In this document: positions 41,098-50,590 of the stretch, one piece after another
Position numbering within the stretch: position 1 is the stretch's first letter
Layout: each line of letters begins with the position of its first letter
Assembly (NCBI GenBank): GCA_964410705.1
Contig: CAYPIG010000001.1
Location: forward strand, 25,362 to 89,361
Origin: an uncultured Gallionella sp.
GTDB taxonomy: Bacteria > Pseudomonadota > Gammaproteobacteria > Burkholderiales > Gallionellaceae
DNA: 64,000 bases
Reading direction: 5' to 3'
Translations under genes and position numbers: made by a program
Notes under the pieces: model-generated
Seen by the model: the letters and a program-made list of their open reading frames with translations, nothing else
The model's database searches: none
What the model was told of the DNA's origin: nothing

Positions 41098-41137
41098 GAC
41101 TATCTTCGGATGGTTTACCTTTAAAATTGGCCGAAAA

Positions 41138-42244
41138 TCAGCAAGTGATCAACTCTACAATAAAATCAACCTGTTCATTGTTTAAATCCGGATAAATTGG
41201 CAGACATATTACCTCGCTGGCAGCTTTCCTTGCCTCGGGAAGATTATCGTGTGCCGCCGAAGGCATCCGGCGATACATCGGGAAATCGCTGATCAGAGGA
41301 TAAAAATAGCGCCGCGCATAGATACCGTTGTCGCGCAGTCTTTGATACAGGGTATCCCGGCTGACCGGGTAGTCCTGTCCGACCAGTATCGGAAAGTAGG
41401 CGTAGTTGGCCTTCTTCTGACCAGCCTCTGTCAGACACTGTATGCCCTTAACATCCGACAGACATTCCCGGTAGCGTGTGTCTATGGCTTTACGTTTTTG
41501 CAGGGCGGCATCGATCCCCTTGAGCTGCAACAGACCGAAGGCCGCGTTGATTTCGCTCATCTTGCCGTTGATGCCGGCTGCCACGACAGTCACCTCATCG
41601 ACAAAGCCGAAATTTTTCAGGTGATCGATATGCCGTTTGGTTTTTTCGTCAGGGCAGATGATCGCGCCGCCTTCGAAGGTGTTGAATACCTTGGTTGCGT
41701 GAAAACTGAGTATCGACAGATCGCCGTGGTTTAAGACGCTGCCGCGTGCATCCTGGACGCCGAAAGCATGCGCCGCATCATAGATGACCTTCAGGCCGTA
41801 GTTGTCGGCAATTTGTTGTATGCGCTGCACGTCGCAAGGGTGTCCGTAGCAGTGTACCGGCATAATTGCGGTGGTCTGCGGGGTGATGGCAGCCTCTATC
41901 TTTGCAGGGTCGAGGTTGAGCGTGACAGGATCGATGTCGACAAATACCGGCTTGATGCCGTTCCACAGCAAGGAATGCGCGGTTGCCACGAAGGAGTAAG
42001 GGGTCGTGATTACTTCCCCTGTGATGCGCAGCGCCTGCAACGCCGTTACCAAGGCGAGCGTGCCGTTGGTGAACAGCGCCAAATGTTTGACGCCCAGATA
42101 GTCGCACAAAGCCTGTTCCAGCTGTTCGTGGAACGGGCCGCTGTTGGTCAGCCATTTGTTTTTCCAGATCTGCTCCAGATAGGGGATGAATTCCTCAAGC
42201 GGCGGCAATAACGGTTGCGTGACGTAAATCGGAGAAGTTGTCAT
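41138..42244 (-). CDS. vioA: DegT/DnrJ/EryC1/StrS sugar aminotransferase, VioA-like (dTDP-4-amino-4,6-dideoxyglucose)
   Basis: IYVTQPLLPP, WLTNSGP, YDAAHAFG, SFHATKVFNTFEGG, RRYFYP. Family call is firm; the VioA assignment is by resemblance. Confidence 0.8.
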   Translation of the reverse strand: MTTSPIYVTQPLLPPLEEFIPYLEQIWKNKWLTNSGPFHEQLEQALCDYLGVKHLALFTNGTLALVTALQALRITGEVITTPYSFVATAHSLLWNGIKPVFVDIDPVTLNLDPAKIEAAITPQTTAIMPVHCYGHPCDVQRIQQIADNYGLKVIYDAAHAFGVQDARGSVLNHGDLSILSFHATKVFNTFEGGAIICPDEKTKRHIDHLKNFGFVDEVTVVAAGINGKMSEINAAFGLLQLKGIDAALQKRKAIDTRYRECLSDVKGIQCLTEAGQKKANYAYFPILVGQDYPVSRDTLYQRLRDNGIYARRYFYPLISDFPMYRRMPSAAHDNLPEARKAASEVICLPIYPDLNNEQVDFIVELITC

Positions 42245-45200
42245 TATTTAACCTCCTGACGGGTTATTTCTTCCCGGCTAACTTCGAAAGAAGCCGGAGG
42301 CCGTCCCTCGCACCAGTTTTTCCACATGATGCGCAGTGCTTGTTCCACGCCTTTGGCGATAAGCTCCGGTTGTCCCATGGCAGAGGCATTGAAGCGGTCT
42401 CGCAGTGTGTTTCGGATATTGGACAGTGCCTGAAGATTGGTCGCGAGGGACACTCCTTTTTGCACAAACTCGTCTGCATCGTAAGCTATAAAATCATCCA
42501 GTCCGACATGTCCCATGATGCAAGCTCCCGGGCGTCCTGCGGCGGTTTTTCCCGCCAGGGTCAGGGTGGGGATGCCCATCCAGAGTGCGTGCAGGGTGGT
42601 GGTGCCGCCGTTGTAGGGGAAGGTGTCGAGACAGACGTCGACTTGATGGTGCAGGGCCATGTATTGCCCCATGTCGATGCGTCCGTAAAAGCTCAGGCGG
42701 TTTTGCGCAATTCCTTCCTCTGCAAACCATTTCAACGGGGTCTCAAAATGCTCTATTCCCCCCAGTATCATGTGCGAATCGGGCGATGCGCGCAGTATCT
42801 TAGCCCAGAGGGCGATGACGGCGCGGCTGATTTTATTTAGCCGGTTGAAACTGCCGAAGGTGATGTAGCCATTGGTGTGGGCGGGCAGTGCATTGACTTC
42901 AGGGGCGCCCTGATAGGGCAGAAAAGGTGCGCTGCCCGGCATGCGGACAAGCTTTTCGGTGAACTGGTCGTCAAACTGTCCCTCAGGAATAAAAAAACGG
43001 TCGGCCAGATAGTAATCCATGGCGGCAAGGCCGGTGGTGCCGGGGTAACCCATCCAGCTGGCTTGTATCGGGGCCGGTTTGCGCGCGAAGGTCAGCAGCC
43101 GATTTTTGTCGGTGTGGCCTGAAAGATCGATCAGGATGTCGATACCATCCTCGCGGATTTTTTTTGCCAGCGCCTCGTCAGACAGCCTGAAGACCGGATG
43201 CCAGTGTGCGAAATAACCTTGGAGGCGCAGGCTGACCAGCATATTTGCAAAATGGCTAGCATGAGCCTGAGTGCTTTTCCCGGCCTGTATATTGGAGGGT
43301 GTTTGGGCATTTACCGCGTGATTTGCATAAGCATGAAGCGTCAAACCCGTTGTGGCTGAAAGGCTCTTTAGCAGCGGTTCTATAAAGGTAGCGATGGAAT
43401 GACTGCACAGATCGCCTGAAACGATGCCGATTTGCAGGCGGCGTTCCGGATTTTTTGAGTTGGTGTGCGTCCTCCAGTATTTGCGTAGCGGCATTTCAAA
43501 TTGTGCGGCGAATTTCAGGTGCTCCTTAAACAATGCATCTGGCTCAATGTCGCTGTGGGCGAGACAAAACAGCATGTTGGTATGTGAGGTGTAGTAGTTT
43601 GGATTGAGTTTTAAAGCCTGGCGGAAGGAGGCCGTGGCTTCGATGAGTTGCGACTTGGACTGGAGCGCGAGTCCAAGGTTGTTGTGAGCTTCGGCAAAGT
43701 CCTGTTGAAGATTCAGGGTGCTGAGGTAACAGGCTATGGCCTGATCTGCGTTACCCATAGACATGAAAGCAATTCCCAGATTGTTTTGTGCTTTCACGTA
43801 TTCCGGATTGAGGCGTAACGCACGCTGATAACAGTCCCGTGCCTCCTCAAAGCGTTCGAGGTGTTGCAAGGTGACCCCCAGATTGTTATAACCTTCGGCA
43901 TAATCCGGACGGATTTTCAAAGCCCGCCGGTAACAGTCTTCTGCTTCCTCCAGTCGGCCCATGTCTTTGAGTGTATTGCCCAGATCGTTGTGTATCTCCG
44001 CATTCTTGGGTGCGATCTGCAGCGCTCTTCTGAAGCTGGCCTCTGCTTCTTCAAGTCTTGCTGCATGCTGCAGGGTTAGTCCGAGATTGCTGTGGGCCTG
44101 CATGTCATTTGGCATGAATTTTGCCGCCTGTTGCATGGGGAAAATCGCTTCTTCATCCTGTCCTATTTTTTTAAGGATGGCACCTAGCAACATCCAGCCA
44201 AAACCAAAGTACGGAAAATTGTTCGACATTGAGCGAGCGATACTAAGTGCTTCTGCATATTTCCCGGCCGAGTATTGCTGTACCAGGTTATCTATATCCC
44301 GGGAGCGGGGTTTTTTTCCGACCGGTTCGAGGGGTTTCTTGCTGGTTTTCTTTTTGTGAACACCGTTTGCCTCAGACGATAAATCAGTGGGTTTGGATTC
44401 CATGATCAGTCGATTATTTAACTGTTCGACTTCCTCCCCCTGCAAACCTTGTTGCCGAGCCAGTTCCAGAATTTGCCCTGCTTCTTCTATTTTTCTGCAC
44501 ACTATCAGTGCATCTATATAGCTTAGCCAGTACTGGCCGCGTGCAGGATCGGCATCCAGTGCTCTTAGCAGATAAGGTAATGCCGCTTCTGCCGATTCAT
44601 TTTGCAACGTAAGTATGCCCATGTTGTGGTTTGCATCGGGCTCTTCCGGGTTGATCTGCAGTATGCTCTCATAAAGCTCTGTGGCTTTTTGCAGGCGGCC
44701 GGCCTGATGTTCGGCAACGGCCAGCTGCATCGCCTGCCTGATGGCTTTAGTCAATATTTCCGGAGATAAGGAGTCGGGAGCGTTTTTTTCCTCTATTTCG
44801 TCTGACTTTAGCGTCACTTCGAACGGTTTTGCGGGTAAGCCTGTGCACCAGTTTTTCCACATGATGCGCAGTGCTTGTTCCACGCCTTTGGCGATAAGCT
44901 CCGGTTGTCCCATGGCAGAGGCATTGAAGCGGTCTCGCAGTGTGTTTCGGATATTGGACAGTGCCTGAAGATTGGTCGCGAGGGACACTCCTTTTTGCAC
45001 AAACTCGTCTGCATCGTAAGCTATAAAATCATCCAGTCCGACATGTCCCATGATGCAAGCTCCCGGGCGTCCTGCGGCGGTTTTTCCCGCCAGGGTCAGG
45101 GTGGGGATGCCCATCCAGAGTGCGTGCAGGGTGGTGGTGCCGCCGTTGTAGGGGAAGGTGTCGAGACAGACGTCGACTTGATGGTGCAGGGCCATGTATT

Positions 45201-46515
45201 GCCCCATGTCGATGCGTCCGTAAAAGCTCAGGCGGTTTTGCGCAATTCCTTCCTCTGCAAACCATTTCAACGGGGTCTCAAAATGCTCTATTCCCCCCAG
45301 TATCATGTGCGAATCGGGCGATGCGCGCAGTATCTTAGCCCAGAGGGCGATGACGGCGCGGCTGATTTTATTTAGCCGGTTGAAACTGCCGAAGGTGATG
45401 TAGCCATTGGTGTGGGCGGGCAGTGCATTGACTTCAGGGGCGCCCTGATAGGGCAGAAAAGGTGCGCTGCCCGGCATGCGGACAAGCTTTTCGGTGAACT
45501 GGTCGTCAAACTGTCCCTCAGGAATAAAAAAACGGTCGGCCAGATAGTAATCCATGGCGGCAAGGCCGGTGGTGCCGGGGTAACCCATCCAGCTGGCTTG
45601 TATCGGGGCCGGTTTGCGCGCGAAGGTCAGCAGCCGATTTTTGTCGGTGTGGCCTGAAAGATCGATCAGGATGTCGATACCATCCTCGCGGATTTTTTTT
45701 GCCAGCGCCTCGTCTGGCAGTCCCGAGACGGGGGTCCAATGCACAAAATAGGTTTTTAGACGCTGGCTGACATTGTCGTCAACCGCGTGATTTGCATAGG
45801 CATGCAGCGACAGATCTGCGCGTTTGCTCAGGTGGGTCAGCAGCGGTTCGATAAACGAGGCAATGGCATGATGAAATAAATCGCCTGAAACGATTCCGAT
45901 CTGCAACGGGCGATCGAAAATTTTTGAATTTTGGTGAGTGGTCCAATGCGGACGTAATGGAGTTTCATGCTCTTTTGCGAAACGAAGATGCTCCGCAAAC
46001 AGGGTTTGTGCATCGATATCGCGGTTGTGGCTCAGGCAGAACAGCAAAGAGGTGTGGCCCACTACATCGGGTGCGATCCGAAGTCCTTTTCGGTAGCAGT
46101 TTACAGCTTCGTTAATATCTCCCGAATTTTGCAGCGCGTTCCCCAAATTGAAGTATGCTTTGGCAAAATTGGGATCAATCGAGATTGAACGGTTGAGATA
46201 TTCGATTCCCTGTTTGCTATTACCGCATTGATGCAGTGCGACACCCAGATTGTTGTTCGCCTCCGCATCATCCGGCAGTAATTCCGCGGCTCTTTGCAGT
46301 GCGTGGATGGCGTCTTTTCCTGAAGATTGCAGAAGCGCACCCAGCACTTTCCATGCAGTACCGGATGCAGGATATTCTTCGGTCAGCAGGCGTGCCTGAT
46401 GTTCAGCTTCAAGCTTCGCTCCTGAATTGTACCGTTCGACCAATGCGTTGATCTCCTCTGTAGAGGGGTCGATTGCCGTCGCGGCAGATCTGCCAGTGCA
46501 ATTTGCTTTGTTCAT
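42244..46515 (-). CDS. TPR-containing GT41 (OGT/SPINDLY-like) glycosyltransferase with two TPR-catalytic modules; candidate flagellin glycosyltransferase
   Basis: TPR arrays, and two copies of DILIDLSGHT..PAPIQASWMGYPGTTG..GSFNRLNK..DTFPYNGGTTT. Start moved to ATG46515 to avoid the ycgR overlap. Confidence 0.9.
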   Translation of the reverse strand: MNKANCTGRSAATAIDPSTEEINALVERYNSGAKLEAEHQARLLTEEYPASGTAWKVLGALLQSSGKDAIHALQRAAELLPDDAEANNNLGVALHQCGNSKQGIEYLNRSISIDPNFAKAYFNLGNALQNSGDINEAVNCYRKGLRIAPDVVGHTSLLFCLSHNRDIDAQTLFAEHLRFAKEHETPLRPHWTTHQNSKIFDRPLQIGIVSGDLFHHAIASFIEPLLTHLSKRADLSLHAYANHAVDDNVSQRLKTYFVHWTPVSGLPDEALAKKIREDGIDILIDLSGHTDKNRLLTFARKPAPIQASWMGYPGTTGLAAMDYYLADRFFIPEGQFDDQFTEKLVRMPGSAPFLPYQGAPEVNALPAHTNGYITFGSFNRLNKISRAVIALWAKILRASPDSHMILGGIEHFETPLKWFAEEGIAQNRLSFYGRIDMGQYMALHHQVDVCLDTFPYNGGTTTLHALWMGIPTLTLAGKTAAGRPGACIMGHVGLDDFIAYDADEFVQKGVSLATNLQALSNIRNTLRDRFNASAMGQPELIAKGVEQALRIMWKNWCTGLPAKPFEVTLKSDEIEEKNAPDSLSPEILTKAIRQAMQLAVAEHQAGRLQKATELYESILQINPEEPDANHNMGILTLQNESAEAALPYLLRALDADPARGQYWLSYIDALIVCRKIEEAGQILELARQQGLQGEEVEQLNNRLIMESKPTDLSSEANGVHKKKTSKKPLEPVGKKPRSRDIDNLVQQYSAGKYAEALSIARSMSNNFPYFGFGWMLLGAILKKIGQDEEAIFPMQQAAKFMPNDMQAHSNLGLTLQHAARLEEAEASFRRALQIAPKNAEIHNDLGNTLKDMGRLEEAEDCYRRALKIRPDYAEGYNNLGVTLQHLERFEEARDCYQRALRLNPEYVKAQNNLGIAFMSMGNADQAIACYLSTLNLQQDFAEAHNNLGLALQSKSQLIEATASFRQALKLNPNYYTSHTNMLFCLAHSDIEPDALFKEHLKFAAQFEMPLRKYWRTHTNSKNPERRLQIGIVSGDLCSHSIATFIEPLLKSLSATTGLTLHAYANHAVNAQTPSNIQAGKSTQAHASHFANMLVSLRLQGYFAHWHPVFRLSDEALAKKIREDGIDILIDLSGHTDKNRLLTFARKPAPIQASWMGYPGTTGLAAMDYYLADRFFIPEGQFDDQFTEKLVRMPGSAPFLPYQGAPEVNALPAHTNGYITFGSFNRLNKISRAVIALWAKILRASPDSHMILGGIEHFETPLKWFAEEGIAQNRLSFYGRIDMGQYMALHHQVDVCLDTFPYNGGTTTLHALWMGIPTLTLAGKTAAGRPGACIMGHVGLDDFIAYDADEFVQKGVSLATNLQALSNIRNTLRDRFNASAMGQPELIAKGVEQALRIMWKNWCEGRPPASFEVSREEITRQEVK
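42310..43179. repeat. 870-bp direct repeat, copy 1 (within the GT41 gene)
   Basis: Matches 44845-45714 at an offset of 2535 with no differences seen by eye; the ORF track shows duplicated shadow ORFs at the same offset. Confidence 0.92.
44845..45714. repeat. 870-bp direct repeat, copy 2
   Basis: As for copy 1; identity ends at the same points on both sides. Confidence 0.92.
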
Positions 46516-46562
46516 TTCGTCGCCGTGCAGATTATTGAAGTTTTCGTCGTCATAAGCGCGGC

Positions 46563-47318
46563 TCAGCTGCCGGTTTTGATGCGCTGCATGTCGGTGACAT
46601 AGCGTTGCAGCTGTATGACGGATTTTCCGTCCAGATTCTTGAATTCGCATCCGGCGCGTCGTACGGTCTGCCCCTGCTGGCCGGACAGCACGACCAGATT
46701 CTTGACCTCTATGGTGCCGGTAAATTCACCGCCGTTCAGCAGGTTGATCCTGCAGTTGCGGTAAGTGTGACCCGGTATCAGCACGGTATCCTGCTCGGTG
46801 CAGGTAAGTCCCACTCCTCCGCCGCTGATGTCCATGATGGTGACGTCATGGATATGGCGCTCTGCGGCTTCTTCGATCGGGATCACACAGTGCAGCGGGT
46901 TGGCAACCGGGGTGGTCAGCCTGAAGTATTCGCGCCTTTGCAGGCGGTGTATGCTTTGGGGTAGTTTCAGGAAGATGGCCGGTTTGCCAAGATAGCTGGC
47001 ACTCGTGGCGCGATCCGTCACGAACTGCACCTTGACCTGAGCGTGTGAACTGACGAAGTCCAGTTTATGGCTTTCAAGCACGCAGCGGTTTCGTTTTTCA
47101 TCGGCAGGCGACTCCAGCCAAAGACCGCTCGCATCCACGCCCAGCAGCCGGGTCAGGATGAAGGCATGCGGCTCATCAGAGTAATACAGCGCAATGCGCG
47201 ATTCGCTCTTGATGATGTGTCTTAGGACGAATTCGATTTCCAGCTGATTGGTGATGCGATAGGGATCATCCGCCTCAACGGAGAGGATTTCGATTTTTTG
47301 CGGGATATCATTTTCCAT
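46563..47318 (-). CDS. ycgR: Flagellar brake protein YcgR (c-di-GMP-binding PilZ domain)
   Basis: QRREYFR (RxxxR) and DISGGG (DxSxxG) following a YcgR-N-like domain. Confidence 0.92.
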   Translation of the reverse strand: MENDIPQKIEILSVEADDPYRITNQLEIEFVLRHIIKSESRIALYYSDEPHAFILTRLLGVDASGLWLESPADEKRNRCVLESHKLDFVSSHAQVKVQFVTDRATSASYLGKPAIFLKLPQSIHRLQRREYFRLTTPVANPLHCVIPIEEAAERHIHDVTIMDISGGGVGLTCTEQDTVLIPGHTYRNCRINLLNGGEFTGTIEVKNLVVLSGQQGQTVRRAGCEFKNLDGKSVIQLQRYVTDMQRIKTGS

Positions 47319-47358
47319 GTTGTCGCGACCGCTATGTCAGATCTGCATGGTAACAAAA

Positions 47359-47649
47359 TTACGGCATTCCAGTCGGTGGAAAAGCGGGGCTATCCTCGTG
47401 CTCCAGTCGATATAGCCAGGCCAGCAGTTCGGCAACCGCCATGTAAAGCTGAGGGGGGATCTGCTGATCGAGTTCCACCTGCATCAAGAGTCCCACCAGA
47501 TCGGCGGATTCATGCACGTAAACCCCGTTCTGTTTGGCGCGGTCTATGATGGCCTGGGCGATCAGGCCTCGCCCTTTGGCCACGACTTTAGGGGCGCCGC
47601 TGCTCTGACCGTAGGCTAGGGCGACAGCGGCCTGTTGTGGCTGCATCAT
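47359..47649 (-). CDS. Stand-alone FlhB C-terminal-like protein (EscU/YscU/HrcU/FlhX type)
   Basis: AVALAY...APKVVAKGRG, IPPQLYMAVAELLAW. Confidence 0.9.
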   Translation of the reverse strand: MMQPQQAAVALAYGQSSGAPKVVAKGRGLIAQAIIDRAKQNGVYVHESADLVGLLMQVELDQQIPPQLYMAVAELLAWLYRLEHEDSPAFPPTGMP

Positions 47650-48650
47650 GATTTTTGCACGATAGCGCCGCTGACTGCAATTCCCGACTCGGACAGCGTG
47701 GCGGCGAGCGCAGGCAGATGGCGGTTGAACAGCGCCACGGTCTTGGCGTCTGCGCCCTGAAGGTTTATTTTTAGACCTCCCTGGTCCAGCACCAGTCTGG
47801 CATGTACATCGCCTAACTTAGGCAGGGCCAGCTCCATTTCCGTGCTCCACTGACGTTCATCCTGCTGCCCGGACTTATGTTCAGGTTGTCCCTGGATTTC
47901 CCACTGCATCTGCTGTTCCGGCCATATCTGCCCTGACCAGGTGAGCTGGTGGGTCTCCAGCGTGTGCAGCTGCTGTTGCACCATGGGCACCAGTTCTTTT
48001 GCGATCGGTTGGCTGGCATCCGTCCGGGGAGCGTCGGTTCGCGGGGTATCGGTTGCAGCGGTATTTTTATCGATCGCCAGCTGGTTTTGCGGCTCGACTA
48101 ATAGCTGCGCGGTGCTGCGCTCGCCCCTTACCCATTGAGCCTGATGAGATTCGTAGAACAGCCCGCTATTACCCAGCGCGTCTTTGAGCGCCGCAGCCAG
48201 TTGCCCGGTTTCGGGAGTTGCACCTTCTGTCTGCCATACCGGATGGCCTGCGGTGGATTCGATGAGGGTACGGCCCAGCGGCAGTTCGGTCAGGTTGGCG
48301 AGCAGTCTTGAGGTCGAACTGATCTGCTCCTGAGTTGCGATCGGGTTGCTGGAGGCGAACAGGCTGAAGGTCATGCGCGGAGCGGTAGCCTCGACTTTTA
48401 GCGTGAGCACATTGCCGACTTTCACCTGAGCGGGTAATTGCATCTGCAGCGTCTGACCCGCGACCTGAACCTTGAATAACCCGGGGTTGACCAGTTCCTT
48501 GATGGTTGCCTGAACCAGCTGGCCGGGCTCGAGTTTGCCGACCGGCGTTGCCGCCTCCACCGTTTTTGCGGGCTGGTTGTCCGCTACAATCAGCGGCTTG
48601 GCTGTTTGAGCTCTCGCCTGCAGACTCGTGATCAGATTGGCCAGTTGCAT
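47646..48650 (-). CDS. Second FliK-like protein (hook-length-control C-terminal domain)
   Basis: LGNSGLFYESH, QQQLHTLE, WSGQIWPEQQMQWEI, ELALPKLGDVHARL. Confidence 0.8.
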   Translation of the reverse strand: MQLANLITSLQARAQTAKPLIVADNQPAKTVEAATPVGKLEPGQLVQATIKELVNPGLFKVQVAGQTLQMQLPAQVKVGNVLTLKVEATAPRMTFSLFASSNPIATQEQISSTSRLLANLTELPLGRTLIESTAGHPVWQTEGATPETGQLAAALKDALGNSGLFYESHQAQWVRGERSTAQLLVEPQNQLAIDKNTAATDTPRTDAPRTDASQPIAKELVPMVQQQLHTLETHQLTWSGQIWPEQQMQWEIQGQPEHKSGQQDERQWSTEMELALPKLGDVHARLVLDQGGLKINLQGADAKTVALFNRHLPALAATLSESGIAVSGAIVQKS

Positions 48651-48684
48651 GCTAGTTCAGGTGGAATGAACGTGGGAAATTGAA

Positions 48685-49695
48685 TCAGCGTGATGCGAAT
48701 ACATCATCGATGCCAGCGGCATCGATGGCAAGGTCGAACCAGGATTCGATTTCCGAGAGTGATGCCGTCGCGATTCGTGATGTGATTTCCGGTGAAATCG
48801 AACCAAAGCGCCGGGTCAGTAAACGCTGCAGGGCCAGCGTTTCACCTCGACGCTGACCTTGCTGTATGCCTGTTTGTATTCCGGTTTGTATGCCCTTTTG
48901 TATGCCCTTTTGTATGCCCTTTTGTATGCCCTGCGCCTCAAAATCCAGCGCCCATTCTTCGAGTCGGTCAGCCAGCATGACTTTAATCTCCTGTAAATCA
49001 TCCAATTCAGGCAGCACGATACGATATTCGGGCTTGCGCATCAAGGTGGCGCGTATCCAGATTGCAAACATGCGCCGTAAGTCCGGTCGGTCTACCAGCC
49101 AATCGTTCAGCAGACCGATCAGTTCGCTGATGCTGTCAGGGCTTGCCGGATGCTCTATGCGAAATACGGCTGCCACCAGATTTTTAGCCGACGCTAACTC
49201 GTGATCCGTATAGCTGTTCTCATCGATCAAGAGGTGCTTTAACCTGGGTTTGAACTGTTCGACCAGCCCGGGTGTCGGTGGAATCAGGTCACAGATGTCG
49301 GTTGCCGCAGTCCAGCGAGAACTGCCGTTGTAGAGCACTATGGGTAAAACCGGAGGAAGTCTGCCATCTGTCAGCACTTCGCCCTGCTTGACCAGATCCT
49401 GATAGAGTAAACCCACATATACCATCATGCGCAGCGCCATATATTTATCGACGCTGCTTTGAAATTCAATCAGCAGGTAGAGATAAACCCATTCACCTGC
49501 CACCTTTACCCGCCAAACCACATCGTCGGCACGGCTGCGCAAATCTTCGCTGATGTAGCTGCCGGAAACTTTTTCCAGTGTTGCGTAATCCAGGCTGTGC
49601 AGCCATTCGTCGGGTACGAAGCCCATGATCAGATCTCGTACCAGTTCGGGTCTGGAGAACAGAAATTTGTAACTGCTGTCGTGATCGTTTGACAT
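48685..49695 (-). mobile_element. Rpn family recombination-promoting nuclease/putative transposase
   Basis: HDSSYKFLFS, RADDVVW, YLLIEFQSSVD, MALRMMVY, PIVLYNG, G(I/R)Q(K/T/Q) repeats. Confidence 0.88.
48863..48932. repeat. Six 12-bp tandem units encoding GIQK-type repeats in Rpn
   Basis: TGTATGCCCTTT-like units at a 12-bp period. Confidence 0.9.
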
Positions 49696-49751
49696 AGAGC
49701 GGTTGATCTATCCCGAATTATCCTAAATCAGGCAGTTGAAGTGCTAAATTC

Positions 49752-49784
49752 CCGCTCGTATTTCGACAGGCTCAGCGCGGGCGG
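49752..49784. repeat. Isolated palindromic element (CCGCTCG..TTCGACAGGCTCAG..CGGGCGG), REP-like or terminator
   Basis: Outer stem CCGCTCG/CGGGCGG in the fliT-rpn intergenic region. Confidence 0.4.
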
Positions 49785-49839
49785 TATAAGTCAGCCATTT
49801 CTTGTGGAATCGCTGATTAAATCGTTACCGTAGGCGATA

Positions 49840-50130
49840 CTACATCGCCCCGTAGGCCTGATTGAGCCGCTGCTCCTGTTTGTTGCTCTGCAGGATAGAT
49901 TTCACATGGCTCATCCTCTCACCCGTTAGCTTGCGGATTTCTTCCTCATCGGCGAGTATTTTTTTCAGCAGCGCAATTTTGTGCCCGGATACTGCCTCGT
50001 TGTCGTCGCGTATTTTTTCGGCCATATTTCGGTACTGGATTTCCAGTTCGACCAGTTCATCCCATTCGTCACGTTTGGCCGCCGCAAGCATCCGGGCGGT
50101 CAGTTCCGCGAGCGCCTCGTAAGCGTTCAT
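49840..50130 (-). CDS. fliT: Flagellar chaperone FliT
   Basis: MLAAAKRDEWDELVELE, LKKILADEEEIR; follows fliS. Confidence 0.88.
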   Translation of the reverse strand: MNAYEALAELTARMLAAAKRDEWDELVELEIQYRNMAEKIRDDNEAVSGHKIALLKKILADEEEIRKLTGERMSHVKSILQSNKQEQRLNQAYGAM

Positions 50131-50134
50131 GAGG

Positions 50135-50578
50135 CTAGCCTCTGGCGTAGAGACGTCTGTCCGGTTGTTCCTGGGGAGGGGGAGGCGTGACAGCCTGCTG
50201 CCTGATGCTCTCCCATGCTCCCTTCAAATCCGACAGCAGGCGCGCGACCTCATCGAGTGCCTCCATGTCGTTGTTGAGGTTGGCAAACAACAGGCGTTGG
50301 CTCATGTAGTCGTACAGAGCCGCCAGATTGAGCGCCAGATCGCCGCCGACTTCCTTGTTTAGGCTGGCATTGAGGCCGCTGTCTATGATCAGAATGGCGT
50401 GCGAGATGGCTTTGCCTTTTGCCGGTATATCCTGACGCAGGATGCCGTTCTTCGCATTGGCAATCGCCAACAGTGCGCCCTGATACAGCATGGAAATCAG
50501 CTTGTGCGGGTCGGCAGCGCTGACGCCGGAATCGATGCCGACCCGGTTGTATGCGCTGATTGCGGCTGAAGTATTCAT
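50135..50578 (-). CDS. fliS: Flagellin chaperone FliS
   Basis: ADPHKLISMLYQGA, LAALYDYM, AWESI. Confidence 0.96.
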   Translation of the reverse strand: MNTSAAISAYNRVGIDSGVSAADPHKLISMLYQGALLAIANAKNGILRQDIPAKGKAISHAILIIDSGLNASLNKEVGGDLALNLAALYDYMSQRLLFANLNNDMEALDEVARLLSDLKGAWESIRQQAVTPPPPQEQPDRRLYARG

Positions 50579-50590
50579 ATTTTTCCCCTG

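Noticed and set aside
46516-46650. N-terminal extension of the GT41 ORF overlapping ycgR
   Set aside because: It overlaps the ycgR 3' end on the same strand in another frame and has no TPR character; ATG46515 is more plausible.
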